Both the position numbers and the translations under genes were made by a program. Positions 23,041-34,820 of a stretch of 41,088 bases of DNA are shown here, piece after piece. The DNA comes from Leucoraja erinacea. Lineage: Eukaryota. Positions within the stretch are counted from its first letter, which is position 1. The number at the start of each line of letters is the position of its first letter. Location of the stretch: positions 54,892,913 to 54,934,000 of the forward strand of contig NC_073390.1 in assembly GCF_028641065.1 (NCBI RefSeq). Direction: 5' to 3'. Under the pieces are notes generated by a model that worked only from the letters and a program-made list of their open reading frames with translations, was not told the DNA's origin and ran no database searches.

Positions 23041-23274
23041 TTGGAGAAGGGAATATTGCAGATGTAGATTGTTGCTCTGTCAATCCATATTCCTCTGTGT
23101 GAAAGCCATCAAATAGGAAAGAGGAGCCTCCAAATAACCTTAATAATTGGACTTGCCTATGAGATACAATGCCAAAACATGCCCTTCGGCCCATCGAGTC
23201 CGTGCACTAGAACTATCCCACACACTAGGGAAAATGTATTATTTTATCAAAGTCACTTTAGTTTAGTTTAGAAT

Positions 23275-23540
23275 GGCCCGGCATTCCTTCTCTCCATCCG
23301 TCTGCCACCCAAGTCGCACCAGCTTCTCGTTTTCACCCTACAAACAGCTAACAATGGCCTGTTTCCTTGATCATCGTTACCATGTTGCACATCTTTCATT
23401 AATTGTTCTCTATCTCTCCATATTATTGTCTATATCTCTCGTTTCTCGTCACTAACCAGTCTGAAGAACGTCACCCATTCCTTCTCTCCAGAGATACTGC
23501 CTGTCCTGCTGAGTTACTCCAGCTTTTTGTGTCTATCTTT
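23275..23540 (+). mobile_element. Penelope-like fragment
   Basis: cagctaacaatggcctgtt...gtctgaagaa...ctccagagat...gagttactccagc module. Confidence 0.5.
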
Positions 23541-23544
23541 AGTT

Positions 23545-23855
23545 TACTTTAGAAATACAGGGTGGAAACAGGCCCTTCGGCCCACCAGGTCCATGCCGGC
23601 CATGGATCATCCCATACACAAACACTTTCCTACACACTAGGGACAATTTTACAATTTTTACCAAAGCCAATTAACCTACAAACCTGTACATCTCTGGAGT
23701 GTGGGAGGAAATTGGAGCACATGCGGAAAACCCCAAGCGGCCACAAGGAGAACGTATAAACTCTGTACAGACAGCACCCGTAGTCAGGATCGAACCCAGG
23801 TCTCTGGCGCTGTATGGCAGCAACTCTACCGCTCCCCTTGCTCCATTGTGCTACC
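23545..23855 (-). mobile_element. V-SINE (HE1-like), near full length
   Basis: B-box-like ggttcgatcc and V-domain on the minus strand. Confidence 0.85.
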
Positions 23856-25566
23856 CCTAACATGAATATTACAGACATGGATGAGCTCTTGAGTGAGGAG
23901 ATGAATATTGGGCCTAACATTAGGGATGGAAATGACGTGAACTTCTCTGCCCCTTGATGGCTGGGACTTGTCATTGCATCTCTGTCCATCTAGACAAATA
24001 TTTCTCCAGCATCCTGACTTAAATAATTTAAATTGTGTTGAGGCTTTGAAATGCATCTGGAGGGGAGGGGAATTTCAGGAGGGGAGTTTCAATTCATGGA
24101 GCACTCGTTACCCAGTCTCTATCCTGCTGTTACAAACACAGATTTCCTTCGACAGCCAATGTTAATGTTTTGCTCGTTAGTAATGTAATATGAGCAGGTG
24201 TTGAGGGTTCAGATCAATGATGGAAGAACACTCAAACAATATGAAATTATGGGAGAAATACATTTATCAAAACAACAATAAAACTATAATAAACCACAAC
24301 TAAACAGCAGCAAAGTGTCAAAGAAACATATCCTTCAATTAACACGACCTTCAACTGCTAAACCTCACAATGTTAGTAGCAATAGATTTGTTTGGATTTC
24401 CTTCTTAAAACAAAACATATCAAAGTCTGTGGGTCCTGGTGTCTTTCCAAAATCACAGTCCGGTGAGCTCACTTGCATTATGCACATAAAATCAATGAGC
24501 CCTCACTTCAACTCTAGCCCACAAACAGCAGTTTACTATGCTTTGTTTTTTTAAGACTAAGGTCTCCCCTAAATGATGGAAGCACGGATTATTCCTTGCA
24601 TCAGCAACCAAGCAAGTCTTGGGATATCTCCAGGAGGAAATGTTTGTCTTATCTCACATCTATATTCCCTTGTGGCTACATAATATGATTTACTGGTTCT
24701 TCTAAGTGAGCCCAAATATTTTACAAAGCACCTAATTGTTGTCTTAAGCGAACCTGCATGCTTGACCTGGGAACTGTTTGCAGACAACTTGATTTTAGTT
24801 GAAAAGTTTGTTTTAACCCTTCCATTACAAGCAGCGGGCTAAATGTGAATGATGGGAGATTCAGGTTGACGGTGGTGGTTCTAAGAACAAAGAAAAATGG
24901 TTTGTAGAACGGAACTGCAGATGCTGGTTTATACTGAAGATAAACACAAAATGCTGCAGTTACCCAACAGGTCAGGCAGTATGGGTGAAAAAGGATGGGT
25001 GACATTTTGGTTTGGGAACCATCTTTTTTTTCCGGAGTTGCTGCCTGACCCTCTGAGTTACTCCAGCATTTTATATCTATCTAATGAAAATATGCTTTAT
25101 TTATTTGGTCTGTGACCTCAGATCCACATGGTGTCTGTACTGGTCAATCATCAGCCCCAAGCATGATAGGTAGTCATGCTCTGCCTTAGGCTGACTGGGC
25201 TATGTTACCAACAGAGTATTGTGAAAGGAGGTGAGCCACATGCTTCATGCATGCTATAGACAAGAGGAAATAAATGATGCAGATGAAGGTGGCCTGCCCA
25301 AGGGCAGTTTCAAAAGGATCTTCAGTAGTGACGTTCTGGGGCTGTGGAAGTTCTTCCAGCCTCAGTCAGTGAGATCTTCCAATTAACTGCTTCCATGTCC
25401 GCTTGCAATGCAACCCAACACTGTCGATCGCACTTTGCCTGTTTGGTGTCAAACTCAGTTGGAGGAAAACAGCAGAATGGCCATGATATCCAGGAGGAGT
25501 GTAAATTGTGAACCAGCACTAGAGGTTGCACACGTTGCTCCTTGAATCTACTTGGCCATTCAAAAT

Positions 25567-25860
25567 GTGCGGCACAGTGGTGCAACAGTAGAGTTGCTGC
25601 CTCACAACGCCAGGGAGCAAGACTCAATCCTGACTATGGGTGCTGTCTATAAGGAGTTTGCATGGTATCCCAGTGACTTCATGGGTTTTCACCTGGTGCA
25701 CTGGTCTCCTCCTCACTCCAAAGACATACAGGTTTGTAGGTTAACTGTAGGTCCCTGGTGTGTGTAGGTTAGGGAACAAGGTGGTTGCTGGTGGGCGCGG
25801 ACTCTGTGGGCCAAAGGACCTGTTTCCGCGCTGTATCTCTAAAGTCTAAAGTAAAGTCTA
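25567..25860 (+). mobile_element. V-SINE (HE1-like)
   Basis: gcggcacagtggtgcaacagtagagttgctgcctcacaacgcc head, V-domain, (taaagtc)n tail. Confidence 0.8.
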
Positions 25861-26360
25861 ATGTCATTCAACATAATGGCCGAACCTCCATGTCACATCC
25901 AGTTTTTATCCCAATCCACACATCCATGAATTCTATTGCGGTTAAACACCATTTTCAATGGCTGTTGTAGTTGAGTTTATTGTTCCCACTTGTACTGAGG
26001 AACAGGTTTCTCTTTATTTCAGGGATGGACAGAAAACAAGACAACTGTCAGATTCAGGAGGCAGTTTTGAAGTGTAATCACGTTGGCAAGGCTGAAGATA
26101 TTGCAACAAACTGTGTACAGCAAATAACCAAGAATAGATAAATAAAGAGAGCATTGCATTTGCATAATACCATTCAGGAAAGGGAGTTTCTGCCTCTTTG
26201 TTCCATCAAGTGGACTGTCAGGTTGGGTGCTCTGTGCTCCTGAACATCTTAAATACAAAGTTTTCAGGCTGCTAAATTAAACCAAAATCTAATGCAAATA
26301 TTGAGGCACATATTATGACCAGATGCCATTACTTCTGTTGAACTTCTGTGCTTCTCTAAG

Positions 26361-27050
26361 ACAGTCATAGTCATAGAGCGAGGAACAGGCCCTTCAACCC
26401 AACTAGTTCATGCCGATCAAAATGCCCCATCTACGCTAGTCCCATTTGGTTGCATTTGGCCCATATCCCTTTCAACCTTTTCCCATCCATGTTCCTGTCC
26501 AAATGTCTTTTAAATGTTGTTGTAGTACATGTCTCACCTACATCCTCCGGCAGCTCGTTCCACCATGCCCACCACCCTCCGTGTGAAAAAATTGCCCTTC
26601 AACACCAACCCACTGGACTCTTATTGTGTGGATTGATACTCTGGTTCATGGTGTCAAATATGAAGGCACAAATTGTGACCAGGAGCCATAACTCCAGTGC
26701 TTCTCAAGGGCAGTCATAGTCATAAAGTGTGGAACTTTGACCCAACTTTGATCATTCATACTGATCAAAATACCTGATCTACGCAAGTCCCATTTGGTTC
26801 CATATCCTTTCAACCTTTCCTACCCATGTCCCTGTCCAAATGGCTTCTAAATATTGTTATTGTATATGCTGCAACTACATCCTCTGGCAGATTGTTCTGT
26901 AAACCCACCACCCTCTGTGTGAAAAAGTTGCTGCTCAGCCACAACTGGCTGGACTCTTATCCCAGGGATTCCTGGAGTTTGGCAGTCTGGTTCATGGTGG
27001 CAACTTGGGAGCATCAGAAGACCCAGTTGAACCATTGTGTATTGTGAAGG
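26361..27050. repeat. Old ~350-bp tandem duplication containing an antisense CR1 tail
   Basis: Both units start cagtcatagtcata and share the CR1 tail plus flank motifs ctggactcttat and tctggttcatggtg. Confidence 0.55.
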
Positions 27051-27169
27051 GTAGCTTCACAATGTGAAATTTAGCTTCAGAGATTGAAAAATGTCTCAAT
27101 AAGCTAATATATTTATCAGGAAAGATGTTTAAATGCACACACGCTCTATGTCTTTAAATACCTTTGCCC

Positions 27170-27420
27170 ACAGGGGGCCCATTGAGTCCACGGCAAATAT
27201 TGATCATCCGATCACACTAGTTCTATGTTATTCCACTTTTGTATCCACTCCCTACACACTAGGAGCAATTTACAGAGGCCAATTAACCTACAAACCCATA
27301 TGTTTAGGGGCCTGGGACAAAACCAGAGCATCTGGAGTCAATCCACAGAGTCACGGGAAAACCGTGTCAACTCCACACAACCAGCACCAGAGGTCAGGAT
27401 CGAACCTGGGTACTGCCTGC
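27170..27420 (-). mobile_element. V-SINE, diverged
   Basis: gccaattaacctacaaacc...aactccacacaa...ggtcaggatcgaacctggg. Confidence 0.75.
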
Positions 27421-27627
27421 TACATCACTGAGCTGCCCACCACATGTTGTAATTGAATGAACTTTAACCACTACTGTTATGTTACTCAATATCTACATCA
27501 TTTAAGTTCACTTATCTCTGTCCAATCAACTTATTTAGAATATTATTTTTAATAATCATTTGACAAAAGTTATACTGGGAGGCAACCTGCATATCTGACA
27601 TAGATTAGTCTGGTTTTACGTATAATA

Positions 27628-27633
27628 TTTATT
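27628..27633 (-). terminator. Candidate polyadenylation signal of the UBL gene
   Basis: AATAAA on the minus strand ~400 nt after the stop, in an AT-rich UTR with several ATTTA motifs. Confidence 0.5.
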
Positions 27634-28028
27634 GGTAATAAGATAGGGAATTAAAATTAATGTACAGAAACATATTATGTGAACTTTAATGTTTGCAATA
27701 ACTGAAAGAGTCATAAAGGTACATTCATATTAAAATCAACCAACCAAGTGCTGGAAATAATCCGAGCTATTAGAGACCAGACTGAAATAACCAATTATAT
27801 ACAGGTTTCCTATTTGAAAATTATAGATCAAATTGATGGTTTACTCATTACATGTTAAATAACTTCCATATTAAATGCCACTAGAGATATTTTTAAATCA
27901 TTTTTAAAGGATAAAAGAGTAAAGATATGAAACCCATTTTGCATTCTGTATCAACAACATTGAGGAGAGAGTTTTCATTAATATCGAGACGGCAGATCTT
28001 GGCAACAGCTTCAGTTTTCTTTACAATA

Positions 28029-28165
28029 TTAGCAACATTTTCCTCCTCCAGGCAGACGCAACACCATCATTATTGTGGATTTATCCATGACCTTATAATC
28101 CGAGAGCCTTTTATCATCTTCCAGTTGTTCATTGGCAAAAAGAAGGCGGAGATCGTCTGCTTGAA
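28029..28165 (-). CDS. Single-domain ubiquitin-like protein, exon 2 (gene join complement(28029-28165, 31436-31580), 93 aa)
   Basis: VQADDLRLLFANEQLEDDKRLSDYKVMDKSTIMMVLRLPGGGKCC* aligns with ubiquitin [37 protein letters not shown]; polypyrimidine tract + TAG acceptor; phase 1. Confidence 0.92.
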
Positions 28166-28204
28166 CTAAACCAAAAGCAAAAGCGAGATAGTGAGAGGAA
28201 TACA

Positions 28205-28470
28205 AACGCAACTGGTGCAGCTGGCAGCATTGAGGCCCTGCAATGCCGCAGACCATGGGTTCGATCCTGACCTTGGTGCTCTCTGAGTGGAGTTTGCACG
28301 TTCTCCCTGTGACCACATCCCAAAGGCGTGTGGGTTTGTAAAATTGCCCCAAGTGTGTAAAGCGTGGGTGAGAAAGTGGGATAACACAGAACTGGTGTTA
28401 ATGGGTCAATGGTCAGCATGGACTCATTGGGTCAAAGGAACTGTTTCAATGCTGGATCACTGAATTAACA
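28205..28470 (+). mobile_element. V-SINE in the UBL intron
   Basis: gggttcgatcctgacc...ggagtttgcacgttctccctgtgacc. Confidence 0.75.
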
Positions 28471-28749
28471 TAATTCCCAAGATTGAACAAAGCCTAACGA
28501 CTTCAAGAAAGTGTAATACATTTCTGATGTAATACAATCAGGTATGGAACTATCCGACAGAGGAATCTAGAGCGCAACTTTCATTTGTGTCGCCCAGCCA
28601 ATTTTCATCCCATTATGTTCAAGGACTCACTCCTTTGTCTAATTACACTTGCTCTTCAGGAATCTGACAGAGGGATTATATTCTTCAGCATGCTCTTGTT
28701 CAACTTCCTGCTGACATTTTGAAAAAGAGTGGATATTCCTTGACCAGAT

Positions 28750-29456
28750 GTTGTACACCAGTCATTGAAGGTAGGCATGCAGGTGCAGCAGGTAGTGAAG
28801 AAAGCCAATGGTATGTTAGCTTTCATAGCAAAAGGATTTGAGTATAGGAGCAGGGAGGTTCTACTGCAGTTGTACAGGGTCTTGGTGAGACCACACCTGG
28901 AGTATTGCGTACAGTTTTGGTCTCCAAATCTGAGGAAGGACATTATTGCCATAGAGGGAGTGCAGAGAAGGTTCACCAGACTGATTCCTGGGATGTCAGG
29001 ACTGTCTTATGAAGAAAGACTGGATAGACTTGGTTTATACTCTCTAGAATTTAGGAGATTGAGAGGGGATCTTATAGAAACTTACAAAATTCTTAAGGGT
29101 TGGACAGGCTAGATGCAGGAAGATTGCTCCCGATGTTAGGGAAGTCCAGGACAAGGGGTCACAAGCTTAAGGATAAGGGGGAAATCCTTTAAAACCGAGA
29201 TGAGAAGAACTTTTTTCACACAGAGAGTGGTGAATCTCTGGAACTCTCTGCCACAGAGGGTAGTCGAGGCCAGTTCATTGGCTATATTTAAGAGGGAGTT
29301 AGATGTGGCCCTTGTGGCTAAGGGGATCAGGGGGTATGGAAAGAAGGCAGGTATGGAATACTGAGTTGGATGATCAGCCATGATCATATTGAATGGCAGT
29401 GCAGGCTCGAAGGGCCGAATGGCCTACTCCTGCACCTAATTTCTATGTTTCTATGT
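28750..29456 (+). mobile_element. Young CR1 LINE 3' fragment in the UBL intron
   Basis: LYRVLVRPHLEYCVQFWSP ORF with small indels; intact tail. Confidence 0.92.
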
Positions 29457-30002
29457 TTGTTATGCTGTAAAACTCATGATTTAAAAAAGGTTTATTTCAG
29501 AATGAACATTTTGAATCCTGTGGTAGATAAACAGTTTCACTCAAATACTGCGTTACAAATTCTGCTTAGGAAACCTTACCAACTAAGCCACAATTTGCTG
29601 TTTTGTTTTGGCATTAATCAAATGGTGCAAATGTCCTAGTGTTGTTTGTGAAAGGCACAAAAATAGCAAGAACTTTAACTGTGTGGATCACAGATGAGGG
29701 TTGCTTATTTACAGGTGCATCGAAGGTGAGATAATATTATTTGTTTCAGCATGGGGGTTCTTTGTTGATGTGTTTTGCAGGTTTTTGTGATCACCAGAGA
29801 ATAACATGGCAAAGCACAGTGTCATGGAGTCACGGAACTACACGGCTCATCTTGTTTGCACTGTTAGTCAAACACCCAGTCTGAAGAAGGGTCCCGACCT
29901 GATACTTCACCAATCCTTTCTCTCTGGATATGCTGCCTGACCCACTGAGTTACTCCAGCACTTTGTGTCGACCAATTTTTTACTCTATTCCCATACTTAG
30001 GA

Positions 30003-30560
30003 CATGGAACATTGAACAGTATAGCACACAAACAGGCCCTTCAGCCCACATTGTCTGTGCCGATCATAATGCTAAGACCAACTGTTATCTGTTTGTGGAT
30101 AATCCATATCCATCCATATACATGTGTCTGTGCAAAGCCTCTTAAATGCCACTATCGTCTCTGCCTCCATCACCACCCCTTGCAGCACGTTCCAGGCACC
30201 CATCACCCTCTGTGTAAAAAACCTGCCCCACACACCTGCTTTACATTTGCCCTCTCACCATGAAGTTATGCCCTTTAGTATTTGATATTTCTATCCTAGG
30301 AGAAAGTTCTGACTGTCTACCCTATCTATACGCCTCATACTTTTATATACTTCTGTCAGGTTTGCCCACAATCTCCGATGTCAAGAGATAACAATCCAAG
30401 TCTATCCAAACTCTTTTTGTAACTAATACCTTCTAATCTAGGCATCATTCTGGTAAATATCCTCTGCATTCCTTCCAAAGCTTCCAAATGTTTTCTGTAA
30501 TGGGGCAACCAGAACTGCAACACAATATTCTAAACCCAGCCTAGTCACAGTTCTATAGAG
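30003..30560 (-). mobile_element. Older CR1 LINE fragment
   Basis: Antisense CR1 3' region (caccctctgtgtaaaaa, gaccagaactgca-like motifs). Confidence 0.75.
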
Positions 30561-30799
30561 CTCATCCATTTATTTGCATTCCTACATTTCCATCAGCTCC
30601 CTCAAGATTTTTCTGGTCACCCACATACGGCAAAAATCAGCAGCTTTAATATCTTGGAATGATTTTGAAGATAGCAACAGGCGAGAGATATATGTGAGGT
30701 TGTTCTTGTGATGGGAGCAACGAACAGGATGCACTTTTTATAGTCAGTAATTTACATGGCATTGTTTCTGGGAACTATAAAGAATAAGCCCAGTTTTTA

Positions 30800-31010
30800 A
30801 AGATACAGCGCGGAAACAAGATCTATCTTACACAGTACAGGCAATTTACAATTTTTACTGAAGCCAATTAAACGACATGTACTTCTTTGGAGTGTGAGAG
30901 GAAAGCGGACCACCCAGACATCTCCGTGCGGTCACAGGGAGAATGTACACACAGCACCCACCCATATTCAGGATCGAACCCATGTCTGTAGGCAGCAGCT
31001 CTACCAGCCC
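30800..31010 (-). mobile_element. V-SINE, diverged
   Basis: ttggagtgtgagaggaaa...ggtcacagggagaatgtac...caggatcgaaccc. Confidence 0.7.
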
Positions 31011-31435
31011 TAACCATTTATACAGCATTGTTTCAGGAAACTAGCTTAATAAGACCAGTTTGTTCTGTGTAAACTAGGAGCTGTCATGTCTTGTAGCCCA
31101 TTGACATTTCTGCAGATGGGTTTAGATTGTTCAAGAAGGGTCTCGACCCGAAACGTCACCCATTATTTCTCTCCAGAGATGCCGCCTTTCCCGCTGAGAT
31201 ACTCCAGCTTTTTGTGCCTATCTTCAGTTTAAACCAGCATCTGCAGTTCCTTCCTACATATTTAGTTTGTTATGATATCGTTGACATAAGTGGGGGAATT
31301 TTACACCAGTAAAAAACAGCGTTAGAAATCCTGTACAAATGAGACAGATGCTATCCCTCAGAAAACCGTGTAAAACTGCTGGGTTAAACTGGTTTTTAAA
31401 AGTATGAATACATTTCCAACTTATCGCTTAAATAC

Positions 31436-31580
31436 CTGTTCCTTGCGGCAATTTTGTCAACAGTTTCATTTTAAACACCAGAACCGTCGTCTCATTGAAC
31501 TCTTTTTCCGTCTGTGAAATATCAACAGTAGTTGTTTCTCCCTTGAGCCCCTTCACTAACACTTGATAGATTTTTCCCAT
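31436..31580 (-). CDS. Ubiquitin-like protein, coding exon 1
   Basis: MGKIYQVLVKGLKGETTTVDISQTEKEFNETTVLVFKMKLLTKLPQGT resembles ubiquitin MQIFVKTLTGKTITLEV...TIENVKAKI; phase-1 GT donor joins exon 2 in frame (145+137=282 nt). Confidence 0.9.
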
Positions 31581-31656
31581 TTTACTCCTGCGAAGGTTTT
31601 TATCAGGTTGTTTTCGTTCCTCTGCTGTTCTCAAAGTCTTGCAACAAATAAAATTC

Positions 31657-31674
31657 AGTTTCACTTTCAATTTC
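31657..31674 (-). promoter_or_regulatory. Extended ISRE upstream of the UBL gene
   Basis: GAAATTGAAAGTGAAACT: three GAAA cores at 6-nt spacing, 77 bp before ATG 31580; TATAAA at 31692-31687. Confidence 0.8.
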
Positions 31675-32064
31675 CGGTTTAAAGACTTTATAACATACAC
31701 TACAGCAGCTCCTGTGTTTGTAAATACAATCATGTTTTATTAACGCATAGTTGTGTGCTGTGGCATATCAGTAATACTTCAAAACATATAATACGTGATT
31801 TTATCAAATCAAATGTTCAGATTTGATTTTTCTTCATTTTGCATCCAGTTTTGGTCTGTTTGAAATGGAAACCAAGTATAGATTACAGATCATGTATTAT
31901 TGGCACAGATGACCATCCACAAATAGATGGAATTAGAGCCCTATCCCTCTAAACCTAGCCCATCCATATATCTGTCCAAATGTTTTAAGTGCTGCATCAA
32001 CTACCTCCTCTGACAGCACGTTCCATATATCTACCACCCTTTGTGTAAAACAATGGGACACCTT

Positions 32065-32368
32065 GGGTGGCACAGTGGTAGAGTGGTAGAGTTGCTGCCT
32101 TACAGCACCAGAGACCCAGGTTTGATTCTGGCTACGGGTGCTGTCTGTGTGGAGTTTGTACGTTCTCCCCCCCTGACCATGTGGGGTTTCTCCAGGAGCT
32201 CCGGTTTCCTCCCCATTCCAAAGACGAATAGGTTTGTAGGTTAAATGGTTTCTGTAAATTGTAAATTGTTCCTAGTGTGTAGGATAGCGCTAGTGTGTGG
32301 GGTGATTGCTGATCGGCACGGACACAGTGGGCTGAGGAGCACTGGATCTCTAAACTCATCTAAACTTT
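32065..32368 (+). mobile_element. V-SINE (HE1-like), near full length
   Basis: tRNA-like head gggtggcacagtgg..., V-domain, (tctaaac)n tail. Confidence 0.85.
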
Positions 32369-32679
32369 AAATGAGAGGGATTTCTTTCCCTGCTGTACCT
32401 TTCAATCAATCATTAACTTTTTTCCCCAATTGTATTTTTTGCATTAATATCTTGTTTTGCAGTCTTTTTCACTTTCCTAATAAAAATGTAAGTGTATCGT
32501 ATGTTTTATGTGTTGTCTGAATCTATCAGCTGTTGCAAGAAAGATTGTTGTTGAATCTGTCCGTACTGCCCAGCTTACTTCTGTACACCATATCCTATAT
32601 CCTGGACTAAACAGTATCAGTATATAGGATATATATAGGAACAGTAACAATCATCCCCCCCCCCCCCCCCCCCCCCCGC

Positions 32680-32810
32680 GGACACTTATTTATTATTTTT
32701 TTATTCAAATCGTTTGCTATGTCGCTCTTCAAGGGAGATGCTAAATGCATTTCGTTGTCTCTGTACTGTACACTGACAATGACAATTAAAATTGAATCTG
32801 AATCTGAATC
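32680..32810 (+). mobile_element. Non-LTR retroelement 3' tail with (aatctg)n
   Basis: Same tail as the insert at 7578-7636; preceded by a long C run. Confidence 0.65.
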
Positions 32811-33224
32811 AGTGATTTGTGTTCACGATCCCTTGATCATTCTTTATCTCCTTGCCCTGTTAACCCCTTCAGTCACTTCTCAGATCAATTGACTGGTGAT
32901 CCTTATCTTATATAAGGTCAAATTGACACAAACTCTGACAGGTTACATCTTTGATGCCAGATTAAATAAGACAAAGATTTAAACATGTGCCTGTTGACTA
33001 ATACTCATCTTAGACTTCTCAAATGCAATCACAATCAAAGGTTGGTAGGTGACATGACTTGTCGAAGGGGTTTTCCAGTCAAATATTAGTCTGGCATTTC
33101 AGCGCGGCACTTACACTTTGCTGCTTGTAAAATGTCACCAGAACCAACCTCAGCAAAGAAAGGTGACAAACAAACCAATTGTACTGTGAGCTGTAACACA
33201 AATGTTATATTGTGTGTCACAACT

Positions 33225-33407
33225 CTACTGAACGTTTTTCCTTCCATTATTTATTATGTAAAAGAATATGTGTGTTATGATTGTGTTTATCATTTGTTTG
33301 GTTGTTTTGTTGTTTGTCTTTTGCACAAAAGTCCGCGAGCATTGCCACTTTCATTTCACTGCACATCTCGTATGTGTATGTGACAAATAAACTTGACTTG
33401 ACTTGAC
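33225..33407 (+). mobile_element. LINE 3' tail (Rex1/Babar-like) with (cttga)n
   Basis: catttcactgcacat...atgtgtatgtgacaaataaa(cttga)n. Confidence 0.55.
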
Positions 33408-34519
33408 ATTATTGTATTTTAAAACTGGGGAATTTACTTCAGGGGATGTATCATTGCCAGGGATGGTGGTGGAGGAGGCAGATATGATGGTGATTTTTTT
33501 AGAGGCTTTTAGATAAACACATGGAGAGTGCAGGGAATATAGAGGGATATGGGTTATGTACGAGCTGATGAGTTCAGTTTAACATGGCATCATGTTCAGC
33601 ACAAACATTGCTGGCCGACGAGCCTGTACCTATACCTGTGCTGTTCTATGTGCTATTACCTGTAAAACAACATTGCAATGGATTAGACTGATATCTGTTT
33701 TTTTATTGTTATTCTTTTAGTTTGACTGCATTATTGCAGATAGAATGTGGCATTGTCACTATATTTAGCTGACTTCCTTGTACAGATGTGTTTACTGGAA
33801 TCATTGAATATAATTGAAAGAGCAATTAAGCTATTCATAATTTTTTGGCTCGTGCATAAAAAATTCAAAACATTTCCATCATCCTCAAATTCCACACATA
33901 TTACACACATAGCCCTATTCCATGACATGTAAATTAAATTAGAAAATAGTTGCAGAGATTTTGATAACACCACACAGAGACTTGGAGCAAGCAGGGAGCA
34001 GCCAGTGAGGTTACTGCCACCCACCTCCAATGAAGTAGGTTCAATGTAGACCTTTGGTGCTGTCTCTGTGGAGTTTGCATGTGTTCCCTGCAACCGTGTG
34101 GACTCCCCCAGGTACTCAGGTTTCCGGTAAATTTCCCCTCTGTGTTGGTGGGTGGCAGAAACCGGGGAGAGCTCCCTCGATTATGGAAAGTATGTTACTG
34201 TGATATTAGTGTAAATGAGTACTCGATATTAGGCATAAAATCAATGGGCTGAAGGGCCTGTATTCCTCTATAACTGTGTTAGTATACACTGTTAACAGGA
34301 AGTATTTGAGAGCACTCTGAAACAATGTTACACATTAAACATTGAAATAATTGGTTGTTTTATCTTCTATCATTCTTCCACTTTGAGAAAAATTAGAATT
34401 GTTCTGATTAAAATACCCGTATAAATCAATCAACGTTTAGAAGGAGTTATGATAAAATTCTAAGATGTGGCACAACTTTCGCTTGGTGCAGTGTTCAAAC
34501 CCTGGGGAAGAATGGGAAT

Positions 34520-34820
34520 ATACAGTGGTGCATCGGTAGAGTTGCTGTTACAGCACCAGAGACCATGGTTCCATCCTGACTACGGGTGCTGTCTGTACAG
34601 AGTTTGTTCCTTCTCCCTGTGACCACGTGGATTTTCCCCGAGTGTCCTTTGTTGCTCCCACACACCAAACACTTGCAGGATTGTAGGTTAATTGACGGGT
34701 AAAAATTGTAAATTGTCCCTAGTATGTAGGACCAAGCTAGTGTACGGAGTGGTCGCTGGTCGACGGCAACTTGGTCGGCTGAAGGACCTGTTTCCACACT
34801 GTATCTCTGAAGTCTAAATT
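34520..34820 (+). mobile_element. V-SINE (a more diverged copy lies at ~33995-34280)
   Basis: cagtggtgcatcggtagagttgctg head plus V-domain. Confidence 0.8.

Noticed and set aside
28029-31580. Calling the UBL ISG15, NEDD8, FAT10 or UBL3
   Set aside because: A single domain, LRLPGG terminus, loop insertions and low identity fit none of them; gene symbol left empty.
32065-32140. tRNA-like sequence
   Set aside because: Head of a V-SINE with about ten diverged copies in the window; not a tRNA gene.
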